This document shows positions 18,801-27,600 of a DNA stretch of 64,000 bases, in pieces (within the stretch, counting starts at the first letter, position 1; each line of letters begins with the position of its first letter). Under the pieces are notes generated by a model. It saw nothing but the letters and a program-made list of their open reading frames with translations, had not been told where the DNA came from and did no database searches. This DNA is from a bacterium (GTDB lineage Bacteria > Krumholzibacteriota > Krumholzibacteriia > G020349025), in assembly GCA_031362565.1 (NCBI GenBank), contig JANLSU010000106.1:63031-127030 (forward strand), read 5' to 3'. The position numbers were made by a program, and so were the translations under genes.

Positions 18801-21800
18801 TGGATGGCACGACGCTGCATTCGTTGATGGCGCCGGCAGTGCTCCCAGGCGGCGGGACGGCGACGCTGCGCTTCGCTGCGGCGGCACTCGATGGGGCTCC
18901 GGGCGCCGGGGCGCTGCGCCTGCACCTTGCCGGCACCGAGAACGGCAATGCGTGGAGCGCCGATCTCTCGACCGGCGCCGTGCTGCGGCTCGATGCGGCC
19001 GCCCAACTCGAAATTACCGCCGTGCGCCCCTCCCGGCCACGCGTCACTCGCCGGCAAACTGTCGCTTGGACGGTGCGGGCGGCGGTGCGCAATCATGGCG
19101 GCGATGCGGTGCTGGATGCCGCAACGCTCGGATTCACGCTCGGCGCGGCGGACGTCGCGACTGGGTTCACGGTCACCGCTCCGGCCCACTTCGAATCCGG
19201 CACCACGCTCCTGGTTGCCGGTGCAGCTGACACCTTGCGCTTCGACGTGACGCGAACTCTGGACGCCATCGGTCTGGTCGCTCTGGACGCGACGCTCCAC
19301 GCCCACGATGCCAATAGCGGCACGCCGCTCGTGGTGACGAGCGTCGGTCAGGCGCGTGGCAGCGTGCAGATCGATGCCCCGGCAGAGCCGGTCATTGCCA
19401 CCCTGCAAGCGAGTCAAGCGCTCGTGAGTGCCGGTCAACGATCCGCGTGGCGCGTGCAAGTCACGGTGCGCAATGACGGCGGGTCGCCGTGGCGCGCCGA
19501 CTGGACACGCGCGGCGCTCGTGCTCGGTGCGGCGCCCGATGACAGCATTGCCTGTGGAGCACCGGCCGCACCCCAACTGTTGGATGCCGGCGAGTCCGAA
19601 GGCGCGGTCTTCACGATTCACCGCACCGGCGCCGAACTCGGCGCCGTCGGACTCGTTGCAAGCCTGCCAGGTGTCCAGGAATCGGACGGCGCGGCGATTG
19701 CCGCTCTCCCGAATGCGCCGGTCACCATCGTCGTGCAGCGTCCTGCCGCGGCCAGGCTCGAAACCGCGACGGCGCACACCCAGCGCCCCGGCACTGCCAA
19801 CACCGGTCAAACCGTCCGCTTGGACATCACGGTTCGGAATAGCGGCGAAGCCGATCTGCGGCGTGTCGCCGTACAGGCGCACGCGGATGGTGCGACCCCG
19901 GCGGACAGCCTTCTCGTTGCGGCTGTACCGGGCGGTGGAAGTGTCACGTTGCACTCCCAAGTGCGCTTACGTGACGATGCCGGACCGGCGGCGATTCAAT
20001 TCACGGTCCTGGAAGCGTACGATGCCAACGATTCCTTGACGACGGCCGCCTTCGGTGCGACCACCGCGGCCCACCTCGACTTGCGCGCCGAAACGCCCGG
20101 CAGCTTGGCGCTGACCCTGGTTCCGAGTCAGGGGCGGGTGTCCGCCGGACAGGCGCGCGAGTGGTCGCTGGCCGTGCAGGTGGAAAATGTCGGCGAAGAA
20201 CCGCTGGTGCTGCGCGCGCCGCGCCCGAGCGATATCGAGTTCCAGCGCAGCAACGTCCCGCAAAGCGACTATGTCGTGTTGGCGCCCGCCGCTTTCGACG
20301 AAGGCGGCCTGACGCTCGCCGGCGCCGGCCAAGGGACGCTGCGCTATCGGATCACCCGCACCGGTGATGGCGGCGGCAGCATTGCGATCACGGCCACGGC
20401 GAGTGCGCTGCACGCCAACGATGCCACCGCCCCCGACATGGCAGCCACCGCTGCCGCGACGATCGCCGTCGATGCAGAACCCAGTTTGCGAATTCTCTCG
20501 ACCGATACCCGGACCTGGCGCCGGGACCGCGGTTTCGACGACGACCGCGTCGATGCCGGGCAGGCCTTCGCGGTGCGCGTCGTCGTGGAAAATACCGGCG
20601 GCACCCAACTGGACAGCATCGGCGTCGATGTCGAGTCGCAGCGCGGCAATTCGCATCTCGATGGCCGGCGCTGGCTCGACACGCTCGCACCGGGACAGCG
20701 CGGCGAATTGGAGTTCGCGGTCGTCGGCGGCACTTGGTTGTCGCAGCCCGGCCTGCCGGAAGCTTTCACGGCGCACATCGCCGCCGCCCAGGATCTGAAC
20801 ACGGGCATCTCGGTTCTGCCCGGCGCGGCCGTCGACGCCACGACTTTCGCGTATATCGAGACACCCGCACAGGTCGCGCTCACGGCCTGGATCGACGCTC
20901 CCGATGGCGCTCGCGACGGCGTTCTCTCGGCCGCCCAAGAGTTCATTCTCGCGGCGCGGCTCGACAACGAGGGCAGCGCGGATTTCTCGGCGTCCGGGCG
21001 TGTGGCGCTCGGGTTGCCGGCCGGATATGCCATCGTCGATGGCGATCCAGAGCAATTTGCCGACGCCGGCCAAGTGATCCGGTGGACGTTGCAGGCCGGA
21101 GCGGCGGCGCACGCGTTCAGCGATACCTTGGTCATTGCGCTGGCCGCCGTGCCGCTCGACGAGAATCGTGGCACCCCAGCGATCGTGCGGGTTGGCACGG
21201 CGACGGTCGCCGTCGCGGTGCGCGCCACCGGTGATCTGGCCGCCCTGCTGACGCGTGGCGGTGCGGCGGCGGGTGGCTCGATCTTCGTTTCAACGGGTCA
21301 GACGCTCGACCTCGATGTTGTCGTCCGCGGCGATGCCGACTTGATCGGCCGCGAAGCGGATCTGGTGTTGCCGGCCGGCTGGTCGCCGGCACCGGGGAGT
21401 CCGCCGAAACTCGATCTGCCACCGGGCGCCGAAGCGCGTACGACCGCAGCCGTGCAAGTCGGTCATGCGCCAGGCATGGCCCAAGTCATCCTGCATGCAA
21501 CCGCCGTCGACCGGAACGACGAATCGCCGCGCGCCGCGCTGGATACCCTGCAATTGCAAGTCGTTCGCGCCGCACGGCTGGCGGTGGATGCGGCAATCGT
21601 CGCGCCCGACGAGGCGCGCGATGGGCGGCTCCTGCCGGGCCAAGCGTTTCAAGTCCGCGCCTGGGTGCGCAACCAGGGTGACGCGGCGGTCGTCGCGGCG
21701 CCGGGGAATACGTCCGGCGGCACGCTCCGCCTCATCGACGTGCCCGCGGGGTACGGCGTGCAGGCCGCCGAACAGCCGTACGTCCTGACCGGCCGTGAAG

Positions 21801-22738
21801 CGAGCATCACGTGGAATCTCACCGCGCCTCCGGTCGTGCGGCCGGGTGCGGAGACGATGCGGATCGTTTTCGCCGCTCTGCCGTTCGACGCCAACGCCAT
21901 GCAGGCCGTCGGGCTCGATCCGGATTCGACGATCGCCCGTTGCGTGGTTTCGGTCGCCAACGACGCGGTTGCCGTCGACGCTACCGCCGAGCCAGCCACC
22001 GTGGTGGCGCCGGGCGAGCGCGACGTCACGCTCTTGCACCTGCTGATCACCAATCAGGCTGAAGCCGCGGTGCGCATCGACGCCGTCGGTGTCGCACCCC
22101 TTGCCGACGGCGTCATTCTGCCCGATGCATTCGCCCACTACGTGCTGACGCGCGACGACGATGCGGCGATCCGCGTCGAAGCGCTGCCGTCCGGCAGCTC
22201 CCCGGTCTGGATCGATTTCGGCGCCGCGGGCAATGCGGCGATTCTCGCGCCGGGCGCCACGGCACGTTGGACGTTGCGCGCCGACATCGCGACATCGGCC
22301 GCGGCGCGCACCGTCAGTGCGGCATTGCGGACCAACGCCGCCGGTGCAGTGCTCGTACGGGCCAGTGAATCGAGCTCGGGCGCCGCGGTGCCGGTGCACG
22401 CCGATGCACGCGCCACGCTGGCGTCGGCAGCGGTGCGGGTTTTGGGCGCCGCGCTCGCCGCATACAACGCGCCGAATCCGTTTCACGCCGAACGCGAACC
22501 GACCACCATTCACTACCAAGTGGACGGCGCGAGTGATGTCACGATCCGCATTCAAACCCTGCAAGGCGCCCTCGTGTGGGAAACGCACCGGCACGAGGCT
22601 GCCGTTGGGACGGCGCTCCGCGGCGTCGAATGGGACGGCCGGAACGGCACCGGACAGCCGGTACGGAATGGTGTGTATGTGTGCTCCGTGCAAGTCGGCA
22701 CGCGGGCGACGCGGTTCAAAATCGCGGTGACCCGCTAG
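12875..22738 (+). CDS. Giant (~3290 aa) Ig-repeat surface protein/adhesin with C-terminal FlgD-like domain
   Basis: AGGGAG SD before GTG 12875; signal peptide (AGA-Q); ~11-12 D-x-x-GN...W repeats, ~15 V-x-N-x-G CARDB-like repeats; YNAPNPF...WDGRNGTGQPVRNGVY...KIAVTR. Confidence 0.85.
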   Translation: MLDFLSRRWSLWIVGAAIVLAGRSAGAQGFLSLRIETAPGGNAPDLASTTRVAGDSLRLFAATYDFLGFYAGPAAVDWSIIPGGATLDATQGTTTLVQTSLTGQFHVQAVMDGTTADTGNITVVPGPPSGLAAFASPAFGAPAITSLALSADSSLVLYTGSYDKFSNWTGPIDVAWSLDAPIAAVTPSHATLTVLDPRRTGNGHLWLDAPSLPRLDLPLAVTHGRIASLLVSTTPGGTPLADTTLVAGQTLHLEARAADADGNSVTPFAGATWSATGTGLALGAVNGVQTDALASLPGSARIVATAGAIQTSTGIIRITAGILARLRVSRAPDTYVAVDPATVDADQNFELFALGQDAAGHWLGPVSATWTSTDAAVLHSPTTTGPSAVVDCARIGTARLRLTGAGLAPDSTGAVQVTPGRFARLTIESLGDGTGSEMGALGFSADSVIAFHAVGRDADGNFVGARNALWSLTGPIGSLSTPLGPDVVLLGEHPGTALLTAVDGIETDVAGPITVTAGAPYRLRAEDSLGLALAPRALAPGETASAVAMTLDRDGNQLTAAPVTWGWLGDALALLPGSAAPQYNWTAGRVGQGRLVLAAPGLMADTSATFTVVAGSPARLEMRDALGLPVGARTLSCDALLELHAWALDGSGNELGQVPVTWSVLGTAGSATVAPLAGSATVLRPVTPGVVRVAALHGSGVQAQSGDLTLVPGQITRVTIETAADGSGSRLASRGLAAGDLLPLFAVGRDGQGNFVAPVNANWFESGGIGTLSVTQGTATILLAEHRGRGRVTLTVPLIDGDETGILDVTPGPVAALGIERSPAGPADALGTATVSVDDSLMAFAVVRDVFGNWIATVPAFWSVTGPAGAAQISSPGPATATVLRPQHPAQVQLTATWNGFAALSGPLALVVGRLATVGIETAADGSGFAIGNRTLGAGEVVALYAIGRDALGNLTGAVTAAWSVVGIGGTLDTAWQSAARFTADRPGLCHVTAAYPGVGLATTGALTVTAGTPASLVLERAPGDPFDPFDTTALAAGDSVEAYAVLRDGLGNWVGNVVATWSVLGSPTSAILNPTAAGGVALQARHPGSVRLQATWNGRDAVSGTIDLGAGAPAGTFMMSLTPNTLRAGGPLPALGNGGPVTDAWGNDVADGTRIDVRLTGATGLAGEDLDPVRAGVQRPTSAGHFVFTLVPGALAGPATVDATAGTAAGRAAIALLPPIGIGVLAGSFTPIEWLRGAPFAAHLTLVNPDVLALDLATAELRLDDGNGGAIQTSLAAPVTLQPGMATGVDFVSLDTPGALRAGRYTPRLHVTGQDQLGSPFDLEIGTAGATLDLVDGAVTQVTGHAPLRLTQGTPVHFTVDVLNSGDVAVQLDAARSLLQGGAFAAALAPGSATTLARGTVTRLDFVTTIWPLGATVGDVPLDLELHGTQTGGAFDASVASGTVRVDATAALIADKGALTPVLVPQGASPAPRITVQNAGGSAVTLNTNTQVQIAGRAGGLVTPVRVGPDSAAILDFAPVDLGGLPAGLYSVWLSAQGTQNGAAFAQDVALADSLTLFAPAALTILGIQPSQATVTAGQTASWLLRVVLSNSGATAYRIDAADVHIVLGGIDRTATYTMTHQKPFTSALPPAARDTLDFLVTQTGPDAGLATLEAAVQATDLTTGLPVEANTFTAGKGSLRVQNPAIAAAGVLTLSQPAVVAGQTAPVEVTLTVRNAGEAILDLDPASLAASFVTAPAIAVVPASYTGGPGLAAGESMLLRWTLGPFTAAPGSLQLTATPQFVERNRAALLTCSASTNVPVQGPAAVVVSQANAPASVTVAQAQAWTARFQLTNSGGSSVTVATPRLVFAAPGAATTFGVTPPLTFEDGRPLQLAPGAQGTLAFVINRTDATARRVTIGVACDAVEELSGRALTIANGATATVSVQAPPAVQLVDASLAPARAAVGQVVGFTLDAQNTGESRLDLDATQSWARLVDGTTLHSLMAPAVLPGGGTATLRFAAAALDGAPGAGALRLHLAGTENGNAWSADLSTGAVLRLDAAAQLEITAVRPSRPRVTRRQTVAWTVRAAVRNHGGDAVLDAATLGFTLGAADVATGFTVTAPAHFESGTTLLVAGAADTLRFDVTRTLDAIGLVALDATLHAHDANSGTPLVVTSVGQARGSVQIDAPAEPVIATLQASQALVSAGQRSAWRVQVTVRNDGGSPWRADWTRAALVLGAAPDDSIACGAPAAPQLLDAGESEGAVFTIHRTGAELGAVGLVASLPGVQESDGAAIAALPNAPVTIVVQRPAAARLETATAHTQRPGTANTGQTVRLDITVRNSGEADLRRVAVQAHADGATPADSLLVAAVPGGGSVTLHSQVRLRDDAGPAAIQFTVLEAYDANDSLTTAAFGATTAAHLDLRAETPGSLALTLVPSQGRVSAGQAREWSLAVQVENVGEEPLVLRAPRPSDIEFQRSNVPQSDYVVLAPAAFDEGGLTLAGAGQGTLRYRITRTGDGGGSIAITATASALHANDATAPDMAATAAATIAVDAEPSLRILSTDTRTWRRDRGFDDDRVDAGQAFAVRVVVENTGGTQLDSIGVDVESQRGNSHLDGRRWLDTLAPGQRGELEFAVVGGTWLSQPGLPEAFTAHIAAAQDLNTGISVLPGAAVDATTFAYIETPAQVALTAWIDAPDGARDGVLSAAQEFILAARLDNEGSADFSASGRVALGLPAGYAIVDGDPEQFADAGQVIRWTLQAGAAAHAFSDTLVIALAAVPLDENRGTPAIVRVGTATVAVAVRATGDLAALLTRGGAAAGGSIFVSTGQTLDLDVVVRGDADLIGREADLVLPAGWSPAPGSPPKLDLPPGAEARTTAAVQVGHAPGMAQVILHATAVDRNDESPRAALDTLQLQVVRAARLAVDAAIVAPDEARDGRLLPGQAFQVRAWVRNQGDAAVVAAPGNTSGGTLRLIDVPAGYGVQAAEQPYVLTGREASITWNLTAPPVVRPGAETMRIVFAALPFDANAMQAVGLDPDSTIARCVVSVANDAVAVDATAEPATVVAPGERDVTLLHLLITNQAEAAVRIDAVGVAPLADGVILPDAFAHYVLTRDDDAAIRVEALPSGSSPVWIDFGAAGNAAILAPGATARWTLRADIATSAAARTVSAALRTNAAGAVLVRASESSSGAAVPVHADARATLASAAVRVLGAALAAYNAPNPFHAEREPTTIHYQVDGASDVTIRIQTLQGALVWETHRHEAAVGTALRGVEWDGRNGTGQPVRNGVYVCSVQVGTRATRFKIAVTR

Positions 22739-22742
22739 GAGG

Positions 22743-24659
22743 ATGATGATGCTGGCACGGAAGTCCTGGATCCTACTCGCGTGCATGCTCGCGACGACCG
22801 CGCATGCCGGCGGCACCGCCAATGGCGGGACCGAATCGAATCTGAGCTTGGGAGCCACGAGCCGCGGGATCGGACTCGGCGGCGCGTTCCTGGCGAGCGT
22901 CGACGACGCGAGCGCCGTGTACTGGAATCCGGCCAAGCTGGCGAGCCTCGAACGCGGCAGCGTCATTCTGACTCACATGCCGATCGGCTTCGGTGACGCG
23001 ACTCTGAGTTTTGCCGGCGTCGCGTATCCGACCCTCGGTGCCGGCACGTTTGCTTTCGGGTTCCAGCACCTCTCCACCGATGGCATTCAGGCCTACGACG
23101 CCACGAGTCAGGCGCTCGGCAGCCTCGAATATTCGGAGACCGCGCTCTATGCCGGTTATGCCCACGCGATCGCCGCCGGCACGCTGGGTGCGCTGCAAGT
23201 CGGCGCGACCGCGAAGACGTTCACTCAAAGTCTAACGCCTTGGTCGAGCACCGGCGCCGGACTCGACTTGGGTTTGGCGTGCACGCCGCGCCGCTTTCCG
23301 GATCTCGGCTTGGCGTTCGTGTGGCGGGATGCGATCGCCCCGCATGTGCGGCTCGATCAAACCTCGGATGCCGCACCCGCGACATTGCAATTCGCCGGCA
23401 CCTGGCGGACCCGCGCCACGCGTACGACAACGCTGGCGCTGAACGCCGGTGTCGATCACACCGGCCCGCTCGGCTGGTCGCCACGCCTCGGACTCGAAGC
23501 CGGTTATGGTTCGCATCTGCAGTTGCGGCTCGGTTCGTCCCGCAACGGCGTCGCCTTCGGCCTCGGCGTGACCTGGCAGAATGCGGCGCTCGACTATGCA
23601 TTCCTGGGCCACGAGTCGGCGGCCACCCAGCCGGTCTCGGTGCGCACGGAGTGGGGCATGCGGCTCGAAAACCGCCTCGCGGCGCGCACGACGGCGCGCG
23701 AGGCGGCGCTGCGGGCGCAATTGCAAGACCGGCTCGAGGCCCGCCTCGATGCGGCGCAGGCGGCATTCGATCGTGGGGACTATGCGGCAGCGGTGGACGA
23801 GTGGAAGGTCGTGGCCGGGTTGGATCCCGCCGACGAACGGGCCGAGCGTGGCATTCAAGCCGCGGGTGCCAAGCTGGCGGAAACCCAGGCGCGCGATCTC
23901 GCCGATCGCGAACAGGTGGCGGCGCACACCGCCCAGTTCGAACTCGGGCTGCGCTACTACGGCCAGAGCGAGTATGCGTTGGCGCGCGACGTGTGGGCGC
24001 AACTGCGCCAGCAGGACCCGGCCAACACCGAAGTGCAACGCTATCTGGACAAGAACGAGAAGGCGTTCCGCGACCAGCTCCGGGCCCAATCCGACGAAGC
24101 GCACCGGCTCGAAATCGCCGGCGACTGGGTCGACGCACTCGCGGCCTGGACCCGCATTCGGGCCACCGACAATCAACGCGCCGACGCCGAAGCAGCGCTC
24201 GAACGCTGTCGCATGGGGCTCGAACGGCAAAATGCCCGCCGCTGGGATGCCAGCCGCGGCTCGAATGCGAACGTCAACGCCGGTACCAACGCCATCGCCA
24301 AGGCGGCGCCGGTATCGAAAGCCGCCGCCGCACCGTTCCGCGACGCCGTCGCGGCGTATTCGAGCGGTGAGATCAGCCGCGCCGTGACGTTGTTGCGCGA
24401 GGTTCGCCGGTTGGATCCCGCCAATCAGGAAGCCGAGCGCTTGTTGGCGAAAGCCGAGCGCCAACTGCTGCCCTTGGGTGACGAGGATCGCGCCCGGGTG
24501 CGCGAGATGTACCTGCGCGGGATGAGTTTCTTCACCGCCAATCAATTCGACAAGGCGATCGAAGCCTGGTCCAAGATTCTCGATGTCGATCCGGGCAATA
24601 CGAGCGTGTACCAGAACATCCGCGAAGCCCGCGCGCGCCTGCGTGCCCTGCAGCCTTGA
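22743..24659 (+). CDS. PorV-like beta-barrel fused to C-terminal coiled coil and TPR repeats
   Basis: AGGAGG SD; signal peptide; LGATSRGIGLGGAFLASVDDASAVYWNPA; LDYAF; several TPRs (e.g. YLRGMSFFTANQFDKAIEAWSKILDVDPGN). Confidence 0.8.
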   Translation: MMMLARKSWILLACMLATTAHAGGTANGGTESNLSLGATSRGIGLGGAFLASVDDASAVYWNPAKLASLERGSVILTHMPIGFGDATLSFAGVAYPTLGAGTFAFGFQHLSTDGIQAYDATSQALGSLEYSETALYAGYAHAIAAGTLGALQVGATAKTFTQSLTPWSSTGAGLDLGLACTPRRFPDLGLAFVWRDAIAPHVRLDQTSDAAPATLQFAGTWRTRATRTTTLALNAGVDHTGPLGWSPRLGLEAGYGSHLQLRLGSSRNGVAFGLGVTWQNAALDYAFLGHESAATQPVSVRTEWGMRLENRLAARTTAREAALRAQLQDRLEARLDAAQAAFDRGDYAAAVDEWKVVAGLDPADERAERGIQAAGAKLAETQARDLADREQVAAHTAQFELGLRYYGQSEYALARDVWAQLRQQDPANTEVQRYLDKNEKAFRDQLRAQSDEAHRLEIAGDWVDALAAWTRIRATDNQRADAEAALERCRMGLERQNARRWDASRGSNANVNAGTNAIAKAAPVSKAAAAPFRDAVAAYSSGEISRAVTLLREVRRLDPANQEAERLLAKAERQLLPLGDEDRARVREMYLRGMSFFTANQFDKAIEAWSKILDVDPGNTSVYQNIREARARLRALQP

Positions 24660-24685
24660 TCCCGCCCTTCCTTTGGAGCATCGCT

Positions 24686-27600
24686 ATGAGCAGTCGCAAC
24701 GGACGGACCGAGCGCCTCGAGATCGCCGCCGACGAGCGCCATCTCTCGGACGTTCGCGACTTCATCGATCGCACCTGTGCCGCGTGTGGCTTTGCGCCGC
24801 GGGCGATCGCCAATATCCGGCTGGCGGTCGACGAGGCCTGCACCAATGTCATCAAGCACGCCTACCCGAATGGCGGCCCCGGTGCGGCAAGCGCCAGGCT
24901 CGGCATCGCGGCCGGCGCGCACCGCGGCTGGCTCGAGGTGCGCATCGTCGATCAAGGCAAGCCGTTCGAAGGCCAGATCGACCTGCCCCAGCTTGGCGAA
25001 CTGGTGGAAGCGCGACGCAAGGGCGGCTTCGGCATGTTCCTGATGCACCGGCTCATGGACGAAGTGCGCTACGAAACGACCCCGGCAGGCAACGAATGGA
25101 TTCTGCGCAAGCGCCTGCCGCAACCGCCTTCGACCTTTGCGCGGCGCATGCGCCTGCGTTACGCGCTGCAGGCGAGCCTCGGGATTGTCGCCATCAGCGT
25201 CTTGGCGGTCACGCCACTCTGGCTGCGCGAAGGGCGCCAGCGTGAGCGCGCCGACTTGCAGGCACTGCGGGCGCTGGCTTTCGGTCTCGCCGAAGCGGCG
25301 CGGCCGGCACTCGTACAGCGCGCCGAACTCACCCCCGAGCAAACGCATTTGTTCGAGGCGGTACTGGCGCTCGGGCGCGAGGAGCCACGCATCCTGGCGG
25401 TCGATGTCGTGGATCGCGCCGGAACGATTTGGGCGGCGGATCGCGCTGCCGCCACCTTCACCCACTTCATCGAACCGGCCGGCTTGACGGCGGCCGATGC
25501 CGACGGGTTCCGGCAGGCGCGCGAGCGCGTCGACGGGCACGCGGTCCTGCATCTCGCAGTGCCGGTGCGGATGGGCAACGGCGCGACCGAAGTCGGGACG
25601 GTGCATCTCTCGGTGCGCCGCGACGAGATCGAGGCCGAAGTGCGCGCCGCGCGCGCCCGCTTGGCAAGTGGGGCACTGGCCGTGGATGCGCTGGCCCTGC
25701 TGCTCGTCGGCGCCGCCCTCACGGCTTTCCTGCGGCCCTTGCAGCGGCTCGTCGACGGAGTTCGCGGCATGGCGTCCGAAGGCGCTGATTTGGCGGAAGA
25801 CGGCCCCGGCGAGATCGGTTCCATCGCGGCGGCCTTCAACGACATGAATGCCCGTTACAAGGCCGCCCGCGAAACCGCCGCCGACCACGAACGCTTGCAG
25901 CAAGACCTGCAGGTCGCGCGCGAGATTCAGACGGCGATTCTGCCGCAGCACGTGCCCGACATTGCGGGCTATGAGATTGGCCGCTTGTACCGGCCGGCCG
26001 GCGAAGTCGGCGGCGACTACTACGATTTCTTGGATGTAGGCGACGGGCTGACCGGCGTCGTCGTGGCGGATGTCGCCGGCAAGGGCGTGCCGGGGTCGCT
26101 CGTCATGGGCATGTTGCGGACGGCTCTGCGGCTCGAAACCCGGCGCAACGCCAGCGCCGGCGACGTGCTGTCGCGTCTGCATCAATTCCTCGCCGCCGAC
26201 ATGCGCAAGGGAATGTTCGTGACGATGTTGTACGTGGTGCTCGACACGCGGCACCGGGTCGTGAGCTACGCTTCGGCCGGCCACACGCCCATGGTGCTGT
26301 ATCGCGCCGGCAAGGACGAAACCTTTTGTTTGTCGCCCAAGGGACTGCCGGTCGGCCTCGCCGGATCGGACACCGCAATGTTCGAAAAGGAACTCGACGT
26401 GGAGCGTCTGCGGCTGCGGACCGGTGATCTTTTGTTGCTCTACACCGACGGCATCACCGAGGCCACCAATGCAGCGGGCGAGGCGTATGGCGAAGAGCGG
26501 CTGGTGGCGGCCGTCAAACGCTTCGGGCGCGAATCGGCGGACGATTTCGTTCGGGCGCTCGAGGCGGACCTCGCCGAGTTCACTGGCGGTATGGCGCTCA
26601 CTGATGATCTGACGCTGGTCGCGATCAAGGAGAAGCAGGGAGCGCCGGAAGTCGGCGGCGAAACGTTTCGCAAGCTCGTTGACGCCATCGACGCCAAAGG
26701 TGTGCCGGTGGCGGATGCGTGCCGGCGGTTTGGCGTATCACCCTCGACCTACTATCGTTTGAAGCGCGTCGCGGGCGATGACAGCGAACCGCAACAGTTG
26801 TCGATGGAAAAGGGTGCCGCACTTCGCCGTCTGGCCATGGCGCGCCGCGACTTGGGTGCGCGCGAGATCGCCGCTTTGCTGCGCACCCCGGAGTGGGGCA
26901 GCATCGACCTTGCACCGACGCGCATCCACGTCGAATTGCGCCGCATGGGAATCGACCTGCCGGTGAGTGCAGTGCCGGCGATGCCGGCGCCGGGTTCAGC
27001 TGCGGCGCTGCCGATGGCGGATGACACCGCAACCGAAGCTCCAAACAGCAACGGCGCCGACAGCAGCGCGGTTGCGATGTCGGAAACATGGCTCGATGCA
27101 GGCGGATTGCGCGGTCTCCTTGCAGCGCCGGCCGCCGGTCCGGGCGCCGCGCTGTTGCAACTCGAGGGTTGTATCGACAGTACGTCATGCGATGCGCTGG
27201 AGAGCCTGCTCGCGACGGCAACCGGTGCCGGTCACGCTCTGGTCGTCGATCTGGCCGAAGTGGCGTACGTGAGTAGTCGAGGCTGGGGCCTGTTGGCGGC
27301 CGCGAGTGCGCGCGCCGTGGGTGGCTTGGCGCTCGCCGAGATGCGTTCCGATGTCTTCGACGTCTATCGAATGCTGGGTTTCGAGTCGATTGTACCGTCC
27401 GCGGCCGACCGCGATGCGGCGCGGGCGCGTCTGTTGCCGGCGGCTCGCAAGGCGGCTTCGAATGCATCGCCCGGCGCCGCATCCAAGTCGAAGGCCGCAC
27501 CCACGACGGCGATCGTGCCGTGCAAGGTGGCGTTCGATGCCGCCGCCCCGGACGATGCCGGTGCGTCGCTGCGCTGCCGCGTTGGGCACGCGGGGCGCGA

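Noticed and set aside
16697..19960. 1087-aa minus-strand ORF, plus the alternative-frame ORF 12898-15093
   Set aside because: Shadow frames of the giant protein; Arg/Gly-rich with no domain signature
26660..26960. IS element insertion or pseudogene
   Set aside because: In frame within an uninterrupted ORF; no DDE domain, terminal repeats or target duplication seen; kept only as a possible domesticated HTH
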